Below are positions 29,140 to 37,504 of a stretch of DNA of 64,000 bases, piece by piece. Source of the DNA: Candidatus Aminicenantales bacterium (lineage in GTDB: Bacteria > Acidobacteriota > Aminicenantia > Aminicenantales > UBA4085); NCBI GenBank assembly GCA_049515535.1, contig JBEKTZ010000006.1, positions 124,001 through 188,000 on the forward strand, written 5' to 3'. The notes beneath the pieces are model-generated. The model worked only from the letters and a program-made list of their open reading frames with translations. It was not told the origin of the DNA and did not search any database. The first letter of the stretch is position 1, and the number at the start of each line of letters is the position of its first letter. The translations under genes were made by a program, and so were the position numbers.

Positions 29140-31335
29140 ATGAAAAAAATATTTTTCGCCTCGCTGGGTTTCACTTTCGCGGCGCTGACGACCCTTCTTG
29201 CCGTCGTTCCCCAGAAATGGACAACCCGGAGCTACGATGAGTTCTTGCGCGGCAGATTCGACGGCATTGCGGTTTCCGCGGACGGCGTTTTGACTCTGGC
29301 TCCGCGGGAAGACGTCATCGAGGGCCCCTCGGAAGATTTTTATCTTTCGTTTTACATGACGCCGGAAGGAACGGGATATCTGGGCACGGGCCACGGGGGG
29401 AAAATATATAAAATCTCCAAGGACGGGAAAGCCGATCTCTTCGCTCAAACTTCCGAAATGGACGTGACCTGCCTGGCCATGGATAAAAAGGGCGTCCTTT
29501 ACGCCGGAACGTCTCCCAACGGCAAGATCTATAAGATTACGGCCCAGGGAAAGAGCGAAATCTTTTTCGATCCGAGCGAAAAATATATCTGGCGCCTGCT
29601 GTTCACGGAAGACGGCACATTGCTTGCGGCCGTCGGGGAAAGCGGGGGGATTTACGCGATCAATACCCAGGGCGAGGGCCGGCAGGTTTTCAAAGCCGCG
29701 GAAAACCACATCCTCTGCGTGAGGTTGGACAAGAACGCGGATATCATCGCCGGCAGCGGCGGGAACGGCCTCGTCTATCGCGTCGCGAAAACGGGGAAAG
29801 CTTCGGTCCTCTTCGAATCTCCCTATGAAGAAGTCCGAAGTCTGGTGATCGACCTCGACGGCAACATCTATGCGGCCGCCGGAGGAACGTCGACCAGAGG
29901 CCGAAGGGAAGATCCGACCGTTTCTTCTTCGGGCCGCGAAGCGGAAGTGATGATCTCCGTCTCGGCCGCGCCGACGCCCGCGCCGGCGGTTCAGGCCGGG
30001 CCGCCTGCGGCGAAATTGTTCGGCGCGGCCGCGGCTCCCGCGAGGGAACCGGGAGCGCTCTTCAAGATCGCTCCGGACGGCGTGGCGAAAAGACTCTGGT
30101 CGTCCGCGGATGAAATGATCTACAGCCTCTTCTGGAACGAGTCCGAGAAAACGGTCGTTTTCGGCACCGGCCCGAAAGGCCGCCTCTATGCCCTGAATAA
30201 GGAAGACAAGGCGACCCTGATCCTCCAAAAGAGCTCTGAGCAGATCTACGAACTTCTTCCTCTCGGCGTGAGAACGTATCTTCTTTCCAATAATCCCTGC
30301 CAGCTCAGCGTCCTCTCTCCCGAGCGGCGCTTATCCGGCGAATTCGTCGGACCCGTTTTGGACGCGAGGATCATCTCCACTTGGGGCAGAATCAGCTGGG
30401 ACGCGGAACTCCCGCAGGGAGCCGTCCTCCAGTTCCAAACGCGAAGCGGCAATTCCTATGAACCGGGCGCAAGCTGGAGCGACTGGTCTCCCCCTTATCA
30501 GAAAAAGGATGGAGAACAGGTCTTGAGTCCGAAAGCCCGATACCTCCAATTCAAGGTCCTGTTCAAGGCCCAATCGGGAAAGGCCCTGCCGGCGCTGTCG
30601 AAAATGGGCATTTTCTATCTTCAGGCCAATATCGCTCCTTCCATCACCCGGCTCGACATCCTCCCGCCCAACGAGGTTTATTTGAAGGCGCCCATGGATC
30701 AGGAAGAGATCATCTGGGGTTTGGAAAAACGGAACCCGGAGCCGGCCGTGAAAAAAGACGACGGGCTGAAGATGATGATGAACCGAAAAGTGGAGCGCAA
30801 AGGCTACCAGACGATCATGTGGGACGCCGAAGACGAGAACGGCGATGCGCTGACCTATACCATCTCGCTGCGGCAGGAAGGGGAGAAGGACTGGCGCGTG
30901 ATCGAGGACGATTGGAAAGACAATCTCCTGACGTTCAATACCTTGAATTTTCCGGACGGGATCTATTTCGTGAAAGTGACCGTCTCCGACCTTTCTTCCA
31001 ATCCTCCCGATCTTGCCAAAAGGTCCGAGAGGATCAGCCCGGCGCTGGCCATCGATAACACGCCGCCCGTGATCCGGAACATCCAAGCCGTCCGGCAGGG
31101 AGATCAGCTCGACGTGAGCTTTCTGGCCGAGGACGCGTTCTCAACCGTCAAGGAAGTGAAATATCTGGTCCGGCCCGATGAATGGCATATCGTGTTCCCG
31201 GAAGACGGCATCTGCGATGCAAGACAGGAGAGCTTCAAATTCAAGGTCCAACTTCCCCCCGGGTCGGACCGCATGATCACGATCATCGTCAAGGACGCCT
31301 GTAACAACACGGCCACCATCAAGCAAAGCTTCTGA
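29140..31335 (+). CDS. Exported beta-propeller protein with C-terminal Ig/FN3-like domains
   Basis: Signal peptide; repeated YxGT..GKIYKI blades; TRSGN...WSDWS; DNTPP. Confidence 0.75.
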   Translation: MKKIFFASLGFTFAALTTLLAVVPQKWTTRSYDEFLRGRFDGIAVSADGVLTLAPREDVIEGPSEDFYLSFYMTPEGTGYLGTGHGGKIYKISKDGKADLFAQTSEMDVTCLAMDKKGVLYAGTSPNGKIYKITAQGKSEIFFDPSEKYIWRLLFTEDGTLLAAVGESGGIYAINTQGEGRQVFKAAENHILCVRLDKNADIIAGSGGNGLVYRVAKTGKASVLFESPYEEVRSLVIDLDGNIYAAAGGTSTRGRREDPTVSSSGREAEVMISVSAAPTPAPAVQAGPPAAKLFGAAAAPAREPGALFKIAPDGVAKRLWSSADEMIYSLFWNESEKTVVFGTGPKGRLYALNKEDKATLILQKSSEQIYELLPLGVRTYLLSNNPCQLSVLSPERRLSGEFVGPVLDARIISTWGRISWDAELPQGAVLQFQTRSGNSYEPGASWSDWSPPYQKKDGEQVLSPKARYLQFKVLFKAQSGKALPALSKMGIFYLQANIAPSITRLDILPPNEVYLKAPMDQEEIIWGLEKRNPEPAVKKDDGLKMMMNRKVERKGYQTIMWDAEDENGDALTYTISLRQEGEKDWRVIEDDWKDNLLTFNTLNFPDGIYFVKVTVSDLSSNPPDLAKRSERISPALAIDNTPPVIRNIQAVRQGDQLDVSFLAEDAFSTVKEVKYLVRPDEWHIVFPEDGICDARQESFKFKVQLPPGSDRMITIIVKDACNNTATIKQSF

Positions 31336-31352
31336 CGGCCCGCTTTCCAAAA

Positions 31353-31397
31353 AAATCCCTCTTTTCCCTTCTTGCATTAAAGGGGAGAGAGGTATTT
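31353..31397. terminator. Probable bidirectional terminator between convergent genes
   Basis: AAATCCCTCTTTTCCCTT...AAGGGGAGAGAGGTATTT imperfect stem flanked by A and T runs. Confidence 0.5.
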
Positions 31398-31408
31398 GAT
31401 CCTTTTCT

Positions 31409-31969
31409 TTAAACGCGCTCCAAATAGGAGTCGTCGCGCGTGTCGATCTTCAGGACGTCCCCTTCCTTGACGAACGGCGGGACCATGACCGTCAGGCCGT
31501 TTTCGAGGGTGGCGGGTTTATAGGAAGCGGAGGCCGTAGCTCCTTTCATGAAGGGTTCGGTATGCGCGACCTTGAGCTGGATGGTGATCGGCGGCACGAC
31601 GTTCACCGGTTTGCCTTCGAAGGATTCGATGGAAAAGACGACGTTCGGGACGAGGTATTTCACGGTGTCGCCGATGACCTCGACCGAAAGCGTGACCTGG
31701 TCGAAGGTCGTCTGGTTCATGAAGAAATAATCGTCGCCGTTCTGGTACAGAAATTCCATGGGGGTCTCATCCATGAACGCCTGCTCGACCCGCTCCTCCG
31801 AGCGGAAGCGGTAATCCGTGACCGTGTTGTCCTTCAGGCTGCGAAGTTTTGTTTGGACCATGGCCTTCCACCGGCCCGGAGTGATGAGCTGCATCTCCAC
31901 GACGCGCCAAAGCTGGCCGTCCTCCCTTTTTATGATCATGCCTTTGCGAAGTCTCGTTGCGTCAAGCAT
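31409..31969 (-). CDS. efp: Elongation factor P
   Basis: LRKGM, TPGRWKA, MEFLY, KGATAS...KPATLENG, VPPFV, IDTR. Confidence 0.95.
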   Translation of the reverse strand: MLDATRLRKGMIIKREDGQLWRVVEMQLITPGRWKAMVQTKLRSLKDNTVTDYRFRSEERVEQAFMDETPMEFLYQNGDDYFFMNQTTFDQVTLSVEVIGDTVKYLVPNVVFSIESFEGKPVNVVPPITIQLKVAHTEPFMKGATASASYKPATLENGLTVMVPPFVKEGDVLKIDTRDDSYLERV

Positions 31970-31987
31970 AAAAAATCCTCCCCACGA

Positions 31988-33061
31988 CTATTCCCGTCTG
32001 ACGCCTTTGTCGATGTGAACGATGAACGGCTGCCCGCCCGCCTTTTCGATGGCCGCGGCGACTTTTTCCGGGGCGTCCGGAGCGTAAGCGAACATGCAGC
32101 CTCCGCCGCCGGAGCCGTTTATTTTAGCCCCGAATGCGCCGGCGTCAAGCGCGCTAGCGATCATCCGTTCGATTTTATCCGTCGAGATTCGGAGATGGTC
32201 TCGAAGGACCGCGTGCTGAGCGTCGAGAAGCCGCCCGAATTTCCGATGGTCGAACGGCTTGGCCTGGAACAGGGCGGCGCCTTCCTTCGTCAGATCCCGG
32301 GTCATGAGAGTTCCCTTGAGAAGGCGCTGATGGTCCACAGGAAGCCGGTCGATCTCGGCGAGGACGTCGGCGGTCAGCGGGCTTTTCAAATGAAAGCCGG
32401 GGATCTTTCGGGCGACAAGGGCCGCGCCCTCGAGGACGTGGCTCTTGATGAAACCCAGCGTGCCGGTCGTGTCTTTCTTCTGAAGCGAATTGGCCAAGAC
32501 GAACGTTCCCAGGGGGTTTTCGAGCTGATCGAGTTTCATGGGGACGTCGAATCGGATCCAGACGATCCCCCCCAAGGCCGAGGCATAGTGGTCCATTTTG
32601 CCGCCCGGCTCCTTGAACTCGGCGACTTCGGTCAAGAAGCCGAGTTCGGCCAGTTCGCGGGGATCGTTCGCGCGCGCGTCCCCCGCGGCTTCGAGCAGGA
32701 ATTTATTCCAGGCCACGACCATGGCCGAGGAGCTCGACGTTCCCGCGTTGATGGGGATCGTGCCGCGGACCTCGCAATCCCAGCCGGTCATCGGCAGGCC
32801 GGCCCGCCGGTGGATATTGACCGCGCTTTTGAGATAGTCCCTCTTTTTCTCGTAGGGGATCTCGCGCGCGAACGAAAACGTTTCCTTTTCGCCGATGTCC
32901 GGAAGGTCGATGGCGAAGATTTTATCGTTTCTCCGGTTCCCGCTGAAAGCGATGCGCAGATCGACGGCGCCGGCGATGATGGCCAGTCCGAAGTAGTCCT
33001 GATGCTCGCCGAAAAGGCACATGCGGCCCGGCGACGAGACGCGAAGCTCGACGTTTTTCAT
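31988..33061 (-). CDS. GHMP family sugar kinase (galactokinase-like)
   Basis: SPGRMCLFGEHQDY, IPINAGTSSSSA, GAKINGSGGGG; start reassigned to ATG 33061 (the longer ORF reads into a repeat). Confidence 0.88.
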   Translation of the reverse strand: MKNVELRVSSPGRMCLFGEHQDYFGLAIIAGAVDLRIAFSGNRRNDKIFAIDLPDIGEKETFSFAREIPYEKKRDYLKSAVNIHRRAGLPMTGWDCEVRGTIPINAGTSSSSAMVVAWNKFLLEAAGDARANDPRELAELGFLTEVAEFKEPGGKMDHYASALGGIVWIRFDVPMKLDQLENPLGTFVLANSLQKKDTTGTLGFIKSHVLEGAALVARKIPGFHLKSPLTADVLAEIDRLPVDHQRLLKGTLMTRDLTKEGAALFQAKPFDHRKFGRLLDAQHAVLRDHLRISTDKIERMIASALDAGAFGAKINGSGGGGCMFAYAPDAPEKVAAAIEKAGGQPFIVHIDKGVRRE

Positions 33062-33068
33062 AACCCCT

Positions 33069-33097
33069 TTTGTAACCGATGCGCGGGTTTCTGTCAA
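33069..33097 (-). promoter_or_regulatory. Sigma70 promoter giving a probably leaderless kinase mRNA
   Basis: TTGACA-17 bp-TACAAA, 7 nt before ATG 33061. Confidence 0.6.
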
Positions 33098-33112
33098 CGG
33101 ATATGTGCGGAT

Positions 33113-33305
33113 ACTCTTGGAGGAAAACCCTTGGTGGGGTTTCCCTCCAACGGGAGCTTCGCTCCCTGCCACTCTTCCCTGGAGCATCTCGTGAACGCAT
33201 TTTTACGTTCAGACCCTATGTATTAAATAGGTGCCCTCGATCGGCGTCACCCGTTCTCCCTTCCTCCCATGATCCATTTCGATACCTCGTTTTAGAAACT
33301 GTACT
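33113..33305. repeat. Composite repeat family B, copy 1 (B1 33113-33232, B2 33233-33305)
   Basis: B1 matches the reverse complement of 46340-46460 (about 14 substitutions in 120 nt, manual alignment); B2 matches 46461-46527 on the same strand. Confidence 0.88.
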
Positions 33306-33413
33306 ACTGTTAGGGCTCATTTGATTTTCCCCGGCGATTTGACTATAAAGGACGTTCCATGGAATTTCGGCGGGATAAAATCGTGAACAGCCCGAGAATA
33401 CGGGGAGGATGCC

Positions 33414-35114
33414 ATGAACAATCGCGCGGTCCTTTGGACCGTCATCATCATCATCGCCGCCTCAGCGCTGATGATGGTGGCGCTCGTGTCCTGCGGCGGA
33501 GGAGTTCCCATGGCCGATAAAATTCTCGTCAATGGAAAGATCTGGACGGTGGACCCGGGCCGGCCGTGGGCCGAAGCCGTGGCCGTCCGTGATCACAAGA
33601 TCCTCGCGGTCGGAACGACGTTCGACATCAGGAAGACGGCCGGCCGGACGACGGAGATCATCGACCTCAAGAACGCGTTCGTCCTGCCCGGCTTCATCGA
33701 CAGCCACGTCCATTTCATCAACGGCGGCCGGTCCCTGACGAGCGTTCAACTCCGTGAAGCGAGATCCAAGGAGGAATTCGTCCAGCGCATCGCCGCGAAA
33801 GCCAGGGATCTGCCCAAGGGCGAGTGGATCCTGAACGGCGAATGGGATCACACCCAGTTCGACCCCGTCGAACTGCCCCGCCGGGAATGGATCGACGCCG
33901 TCACGCCGGACCACCCGGTCTGCGTCAACCGTCTCGACGGCCACATGATCCTGGCGAACAGCCTGGCCCTGAAGCTCGGCGGCGTCACCAAGAACACGCC
34001 CGTTCCAGCGGGCGGTGAAATCGTCAAGGACTCGGCGACCGGGGAGCCGACGGGCATCCTGAAAGACGCGGCCATGGACCTCGTCTTTCGCCGCATGCCG
34101 GACCCGACCCCGGCTCAAACCATGAGAGCCGCGGAGGCCGCGATGGCTTATGCCGCGGAAAGAGGGGTCACCTCGGTCCACGACGTATCCGGCGAAGCGG
34201 GCTTCGACGTCTACCAGGAGCTTCTGAAAAATCGGAAGCTGACGACACGGATCTCGTTCTACGTTCCCGTCACCGAGGTCGATCTCGTCCTGCGCATGAA
34301 ACTCCGGACGTCGTTCGGAAACGATATGCTCGCGTTCGCCGGGCTGAAAGGGTTCTCCGACGGCTCTCTCGGCTCCGCGACCGCCTATTTCTTCGAGCCT
34401 TACGCCGACGACCCCAAGGCCAGGGGACTTCTCAACGAGCAGATGTTCCCGGAAGGCCTTATGGAAAAACGGGTTCTGGCCGCCGACAGAGGCGGGCTGC
34501 AAATCGCGATCCACGCCATCGGCGATCGGGCCAATGCCATCGTCCTGGATATTTTCGAAAAAGCGGAGAGGGAGAACGGCGATCGCGACCGGCGCTTCCG
34601 GATCGAGCACGCCCAGCATCTCAGGCCCGCGGACATCGTCCGGTTCGGCAAACTCAAGGTCATCGCCTCGGTCCAGCCCTATCATCTGATCGACGACGGG
34701 CGCTGGGCGGAGAAAAAAATCGGCCCCGAGCGGGCCAAGACCACGTATCCCTTCAAATCGCTCCTGGACAACGGCGTGACGCTCGTCTGCGGTTCGGATT
34801 GGCCGGTCGCGCCGATGGACCCGATCATGGGTCTTTACGCCGCGGTCACGCGGCGGACTTTGGACGAGAAGAATCCCGGCGGCTGGATCCCCGAACAGAA
34901 GATCACGCTGGGAGAGGCGATCAAGGGGTTCACGATCAACGGCGCTTTCGCCCAATTCGCGGAAAAGATCAAAGGATCGATCGAGCCCGGCAAGCTCGCC
35001 GACTTCGTCGTCCTCGATCGGAATCTCTTCGCCGTCAAACCTGAAGAGATCCGCGACGCCCGGGTCGTCATGACGATCGTCAACGGGGAAATTGTCTACG
35101 GCCGGCGAATCTGA
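33414..35114 (+). CDS. Amidohydrolase (YtcJ-like), probable lipoprotein
   Basis: Lipobox ALVSC, PGFIDSHVH, DGH, DGSLGS, HAIGDRA, RIEHAQ, GSDWPV. Confidence 0.9.
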   Translation: MNNRAVLWTVIIIIAASALMMVALVSCGGGVPMADKILVNGKIWTVDPGRPWAEAVAVRDHKILAVGTTFDIRKTAGRTTEIIDLKNAFVLPGFIDSHVHFINGGRSLTSVQLREARSKEEFVQRIAAKARDLPKGEWILNGEWDHTQFDPVELPRREWIDAVTPDHPVCVNRLDGHMILANSLALKLGGVTKNTPVPAGGEIVKDSATGEPTGILKDAAMDLVFRRMPDPTPAQTMRAAEAAMAYAAERGVTSVHDVSGEAGFDVYQELLKNRKLTTRISFYVPVTEVDLVLRMKLRTSFGNDMLAFAGLKGFSDGSLGSATAYFFEPYADDPKARGLLNEQMFPEGLMEKRVLAADRGGLQIAIHAIGDRANAIVLDIFEKAERENGDRDRRFRIEHAQHLRPADIVRFGKLKVIASVQPYHLIDDGRWAEKKIGPERAKTTYPFKSLLDNGVTLVCGSDWPVAPMDPIMGLYAAVTRRTLDEKNPGGWIPEQKITLGEAIKGFTINGAFAQFAEKIKGSIEPGKLADFVVLDRNLFAVKPEEIRDARVVMTIVNGEIVYGRRI

Positions 35115-35156
35115 TATCATCGGCTCCTTCAAAAATAACGTCGATATGCGAGCGCG

Positions 35157-35618
35157 ATGACCGTCGAAGAAATCCTGAAAGATTCGGGGCCGGCGCAAAG
35201 CGAGCTAATCGCCATCCTGCACAGGCTCCAGGCCGAATTCGGCCATATCCCGCCCGAATCGGTGCGAGCCGTCGCCCGGCATCTCCGCATCTCGCCGAGC
35301 GAGGTCTACGGCGTTCTGACGTTTTATAAAGCGTTCACTCTCGAGCCCAAGGGTCGGACCATCGTGACGGTCTGCCTGGGCACGGCCTGCCACGTGCGGG
35401 GAGGCCCCGCGATCGTCGAAGAGCTCGAACGGAGGCTCGGCGTCAAGGCCGGCCGAACCTCGCCCGACGGGGAATTCTCTCTTGAAACGGTCAACGGTCT
35501 CGGTTGCTTCGCGATCTGGCCGGTTGTGGTCGTCAACGGGAATTATCATTCCAACGTCACCTTGAAAAAAATCGACGCCATTTTGGCGACCTGCCGGGGC
35601 TCCGGAAAGAAGCCATGA
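35157..35618 (+). CDS. NuoE/HydC-like 2Fe-2S subunit, second Cys pair substituted (possibly degenerate)
   Basis: VCLGTACHVRG intact, but VNGLGCFAIWP where the family has VNCLGCCAxGP. Confidence 0.8.
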   Translation: MTVEEILKDSGPAQSELIAILHRLQAEFGHIPPESVRAVARHLRISPSEVYGVLTFYKAFTLEPKGRTIVTVCLGTACHVRGGPAIVEELERRLGVKAGRTSPDGEFSLETVNGLGCFAIWPVVVVNGNYHSNVTLKKIDAILATCRGSGKKP

Positions 35619-37504
35619 GAAAGCTGGCGCATCCCGATCACCTGGCCGCGTTGAGGAGGCAGGTCCTCGAGAACCGGCCCGTCCACTCGAAAACCGTCGT
35701 CGTCACAGCCGGAACGTGCGGCCAGGCGAGCGGCGCGCTCCCCGTCCTGGACGCTTTGAGGCGGGAGATCGCCCAAAAGGGACTCTCGGACAGCGTCGGC
35801 GTCGTGGTCACCGGCTGTCACGGCTTCTGCGAGATGGAGCCGAGCCTCATCATTTATCCCGAGGGTATTTTTTATAAAAAGCTCGAGCCCGGCGACATCC
35901 CGGCCATCGTCGCGGAAACCATCATCAAGAACAAGGTCATTCCCTCACTGACGTATGAAGACGCAGCCACCGGCAAGAGATACTCTCGCCAGAAAGACAT
36001 CCCTTTTTATCATAAGCAAACGCGGCTTCTAACCGAGCCCCATTTCCACATCGATCCCGATCATATCGAGGATTACATCGCCCTCGGCGGCTACCAGGCC
36101 CTGGCCAAGGCCCTTTTCGATATGACGTCGGAGAGCGTGATCGCCGAAATCAAAGCGTCCGGGTTGAGGGGGAGAGGAGGCGCCGGCTACCCGACCGGGA
36201 AAAAATGGGAGATATGCCGGGAGGCGCACGGCCATCCGAAATATGTCATCTGCAACGCGGACGAAGGCGACCCGGGCGCCTACATGAATCGGAGCCTGCT
36301 CGAGGGCAATCCTCATAGCGTCATCGAGGGAATGATCATCGGCGCCTACGCCATCGGCGCTCCCGAGGGCTTCATCTTCGTCCGCATGGAATATTCCGTG
36401 GCCGTGCGGCACGTGAACCGCGCCCTGGAGCAGGCGCGCAAGATCGGCCTGCTCGGACCGACGATCCTCGGCTCGGAATTTCATTTTGATATCCACATCG
36501 TCCGAGGCGCCGGGGCGTTCGTCTCCGGCGAAGAGACTTCGCTCATGGCCTCGATCGAAGGGAAGCGGGCGTTTCCGAGGCAGCGCCCCCCTTTTCCGGC
36601 CCAGGAAGGATTGTGGGGAAAGCCGACCAACATCAATAACGTGGAGACCTGGGCGAACGTGCCGCTGATCATCGACAAAGGCGCCATGGAATTCGCCGGG
36701 ATCGGGACGGAAAAGAGCAAAGGGACGAAGATCTTCTCTCTCGTCGGGAAAATCAACAATACGGGCCTCGTGGAAGTTCCCATGGGCCTCACCCTGCGAG
36801 AGATCGTCCACGATATCGGCGGCGGCGTTAAAAACAAGAAGAAACTGAAGGCCGTTCAAGCCGGAGGGCCTTCGGGCGGCTGCATCCCCGCGGACAAGAT
36901 CGGTCTTCAGATCGATTACGATTCGCTCCTTCAGGCCGGCGCGATCATGGGATCGGGCGGCCTGATCGTCATGGACGAGGATACGTGCATGGTGGATGTG
37001 GCCCGTTATTTTTTGAACTTCACCCAGGAGGAATCCTGCGGGAAATGCGTCCCGTGCCGCGTCGGGACCCAGCAGATGTGCGAGATCCTGACCCGTATCA
37101 CGCAAGGAAAGGGCGCGGATGGCGACCTGGAACGGCTGGAAGAGCTGGCGGTTACCGTTAAAACAGGGTCGCTCTGCGGACTGGGGCAGACGGCCCCGAA
37201 TCCCGTCTCGACTACGCTCCGCTACTTCCGTGATGAATACAGAGCCCATATCGAGGACCGCTGCTGCCCGGCCCTCGTCTGCAAAGACTTGATTGCGTTT
37301 TATGTCGAGCCCGATAAATGCACGGGCTGTCTCCTTTGCCGAGAGAGTTGTCCGGTAAAGGCCATCCGCGGCGAACGGAAAAAGGTCCATGTCATCGACC
37401 AGGCCGCCTGCGTAAAATGCGGCGCCTGTTTCGATATCTGCCCCGCGAAAGTGCGGGCCGTCTCCCGGTTGACGGGCGGGGACAGGCGGAAGATCGCATC
37501 ATGA
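35615..37504 (+). CDS. NuoF/HydB-like NADH- and FMN-binding Fe-S subunit
   Basis: GLRGRGGAG, CNADEGDPGA, GEET, ESCGKCVPCR, SLCGLG, two C-terminal CxxCxxCxxxC. Confidence 0.92.
   Translation: MRKLAHPDHLAALRRQVLENRPVHSKTVVVTAGTCGQASGALPVLDALRREIAQKGLSDSVGVVVTGCHGFCEMEPSLIIYPEGIFYKKLEPGDIPAIVAETIIKNKVIPSLTYEDAATGKRYSRQKDIPFYHKQTRLLTEPHFHIDPDHIEDYIALGGYQALAKALFDMTSESVIAEIKASGLRGRGGAGYPTGKKWEICREAHGHPKYVICNADEGDPGAYMNRSLLEGNPHSVIEGMIIGAYAIGAPEGFIFVRMEYSVAVRHVNRALEQARKIGLLGPTILGSEFHFDIHIVRGAGAFVSGEETSLMASIEGKRAFPRQRPPFPAQEGLWGKPTNINNVETWANVPLIIDKGAMEFAGIGTEKSKGTKIFSLVGKINNTGLVEVPMGLTLREIVHDIGGGVKNKKKLKAVQAGGPSGGCIPADKIGLQIDYDSLLQAGAIMGSGGLIVMDEDTCMVDVARYFLNFTQEESCGKCVPCRVGTQQMCEILTRITQGKGADGDLERLEELAVTVKTGSLCGLGQTAPNPVSTTLRYFRDEYRAHIEDRCCPALVCKDLIAFYVEPDKCTGCLLCRESCPVKAIRGERKKVHVIDQAACVKCGACFDICPAKVRAVSRLTGGDRRKIAS

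Noticed and set aside
33062..33324. Similar peptides in ORFs at 33.1 kb and 46.4 kb (GGKP..GFPSNGSFAPCH) suggesting a small protein family
   Set aside because: They are translations of non-coding repeat B in several frames, with no consistent start or stop.
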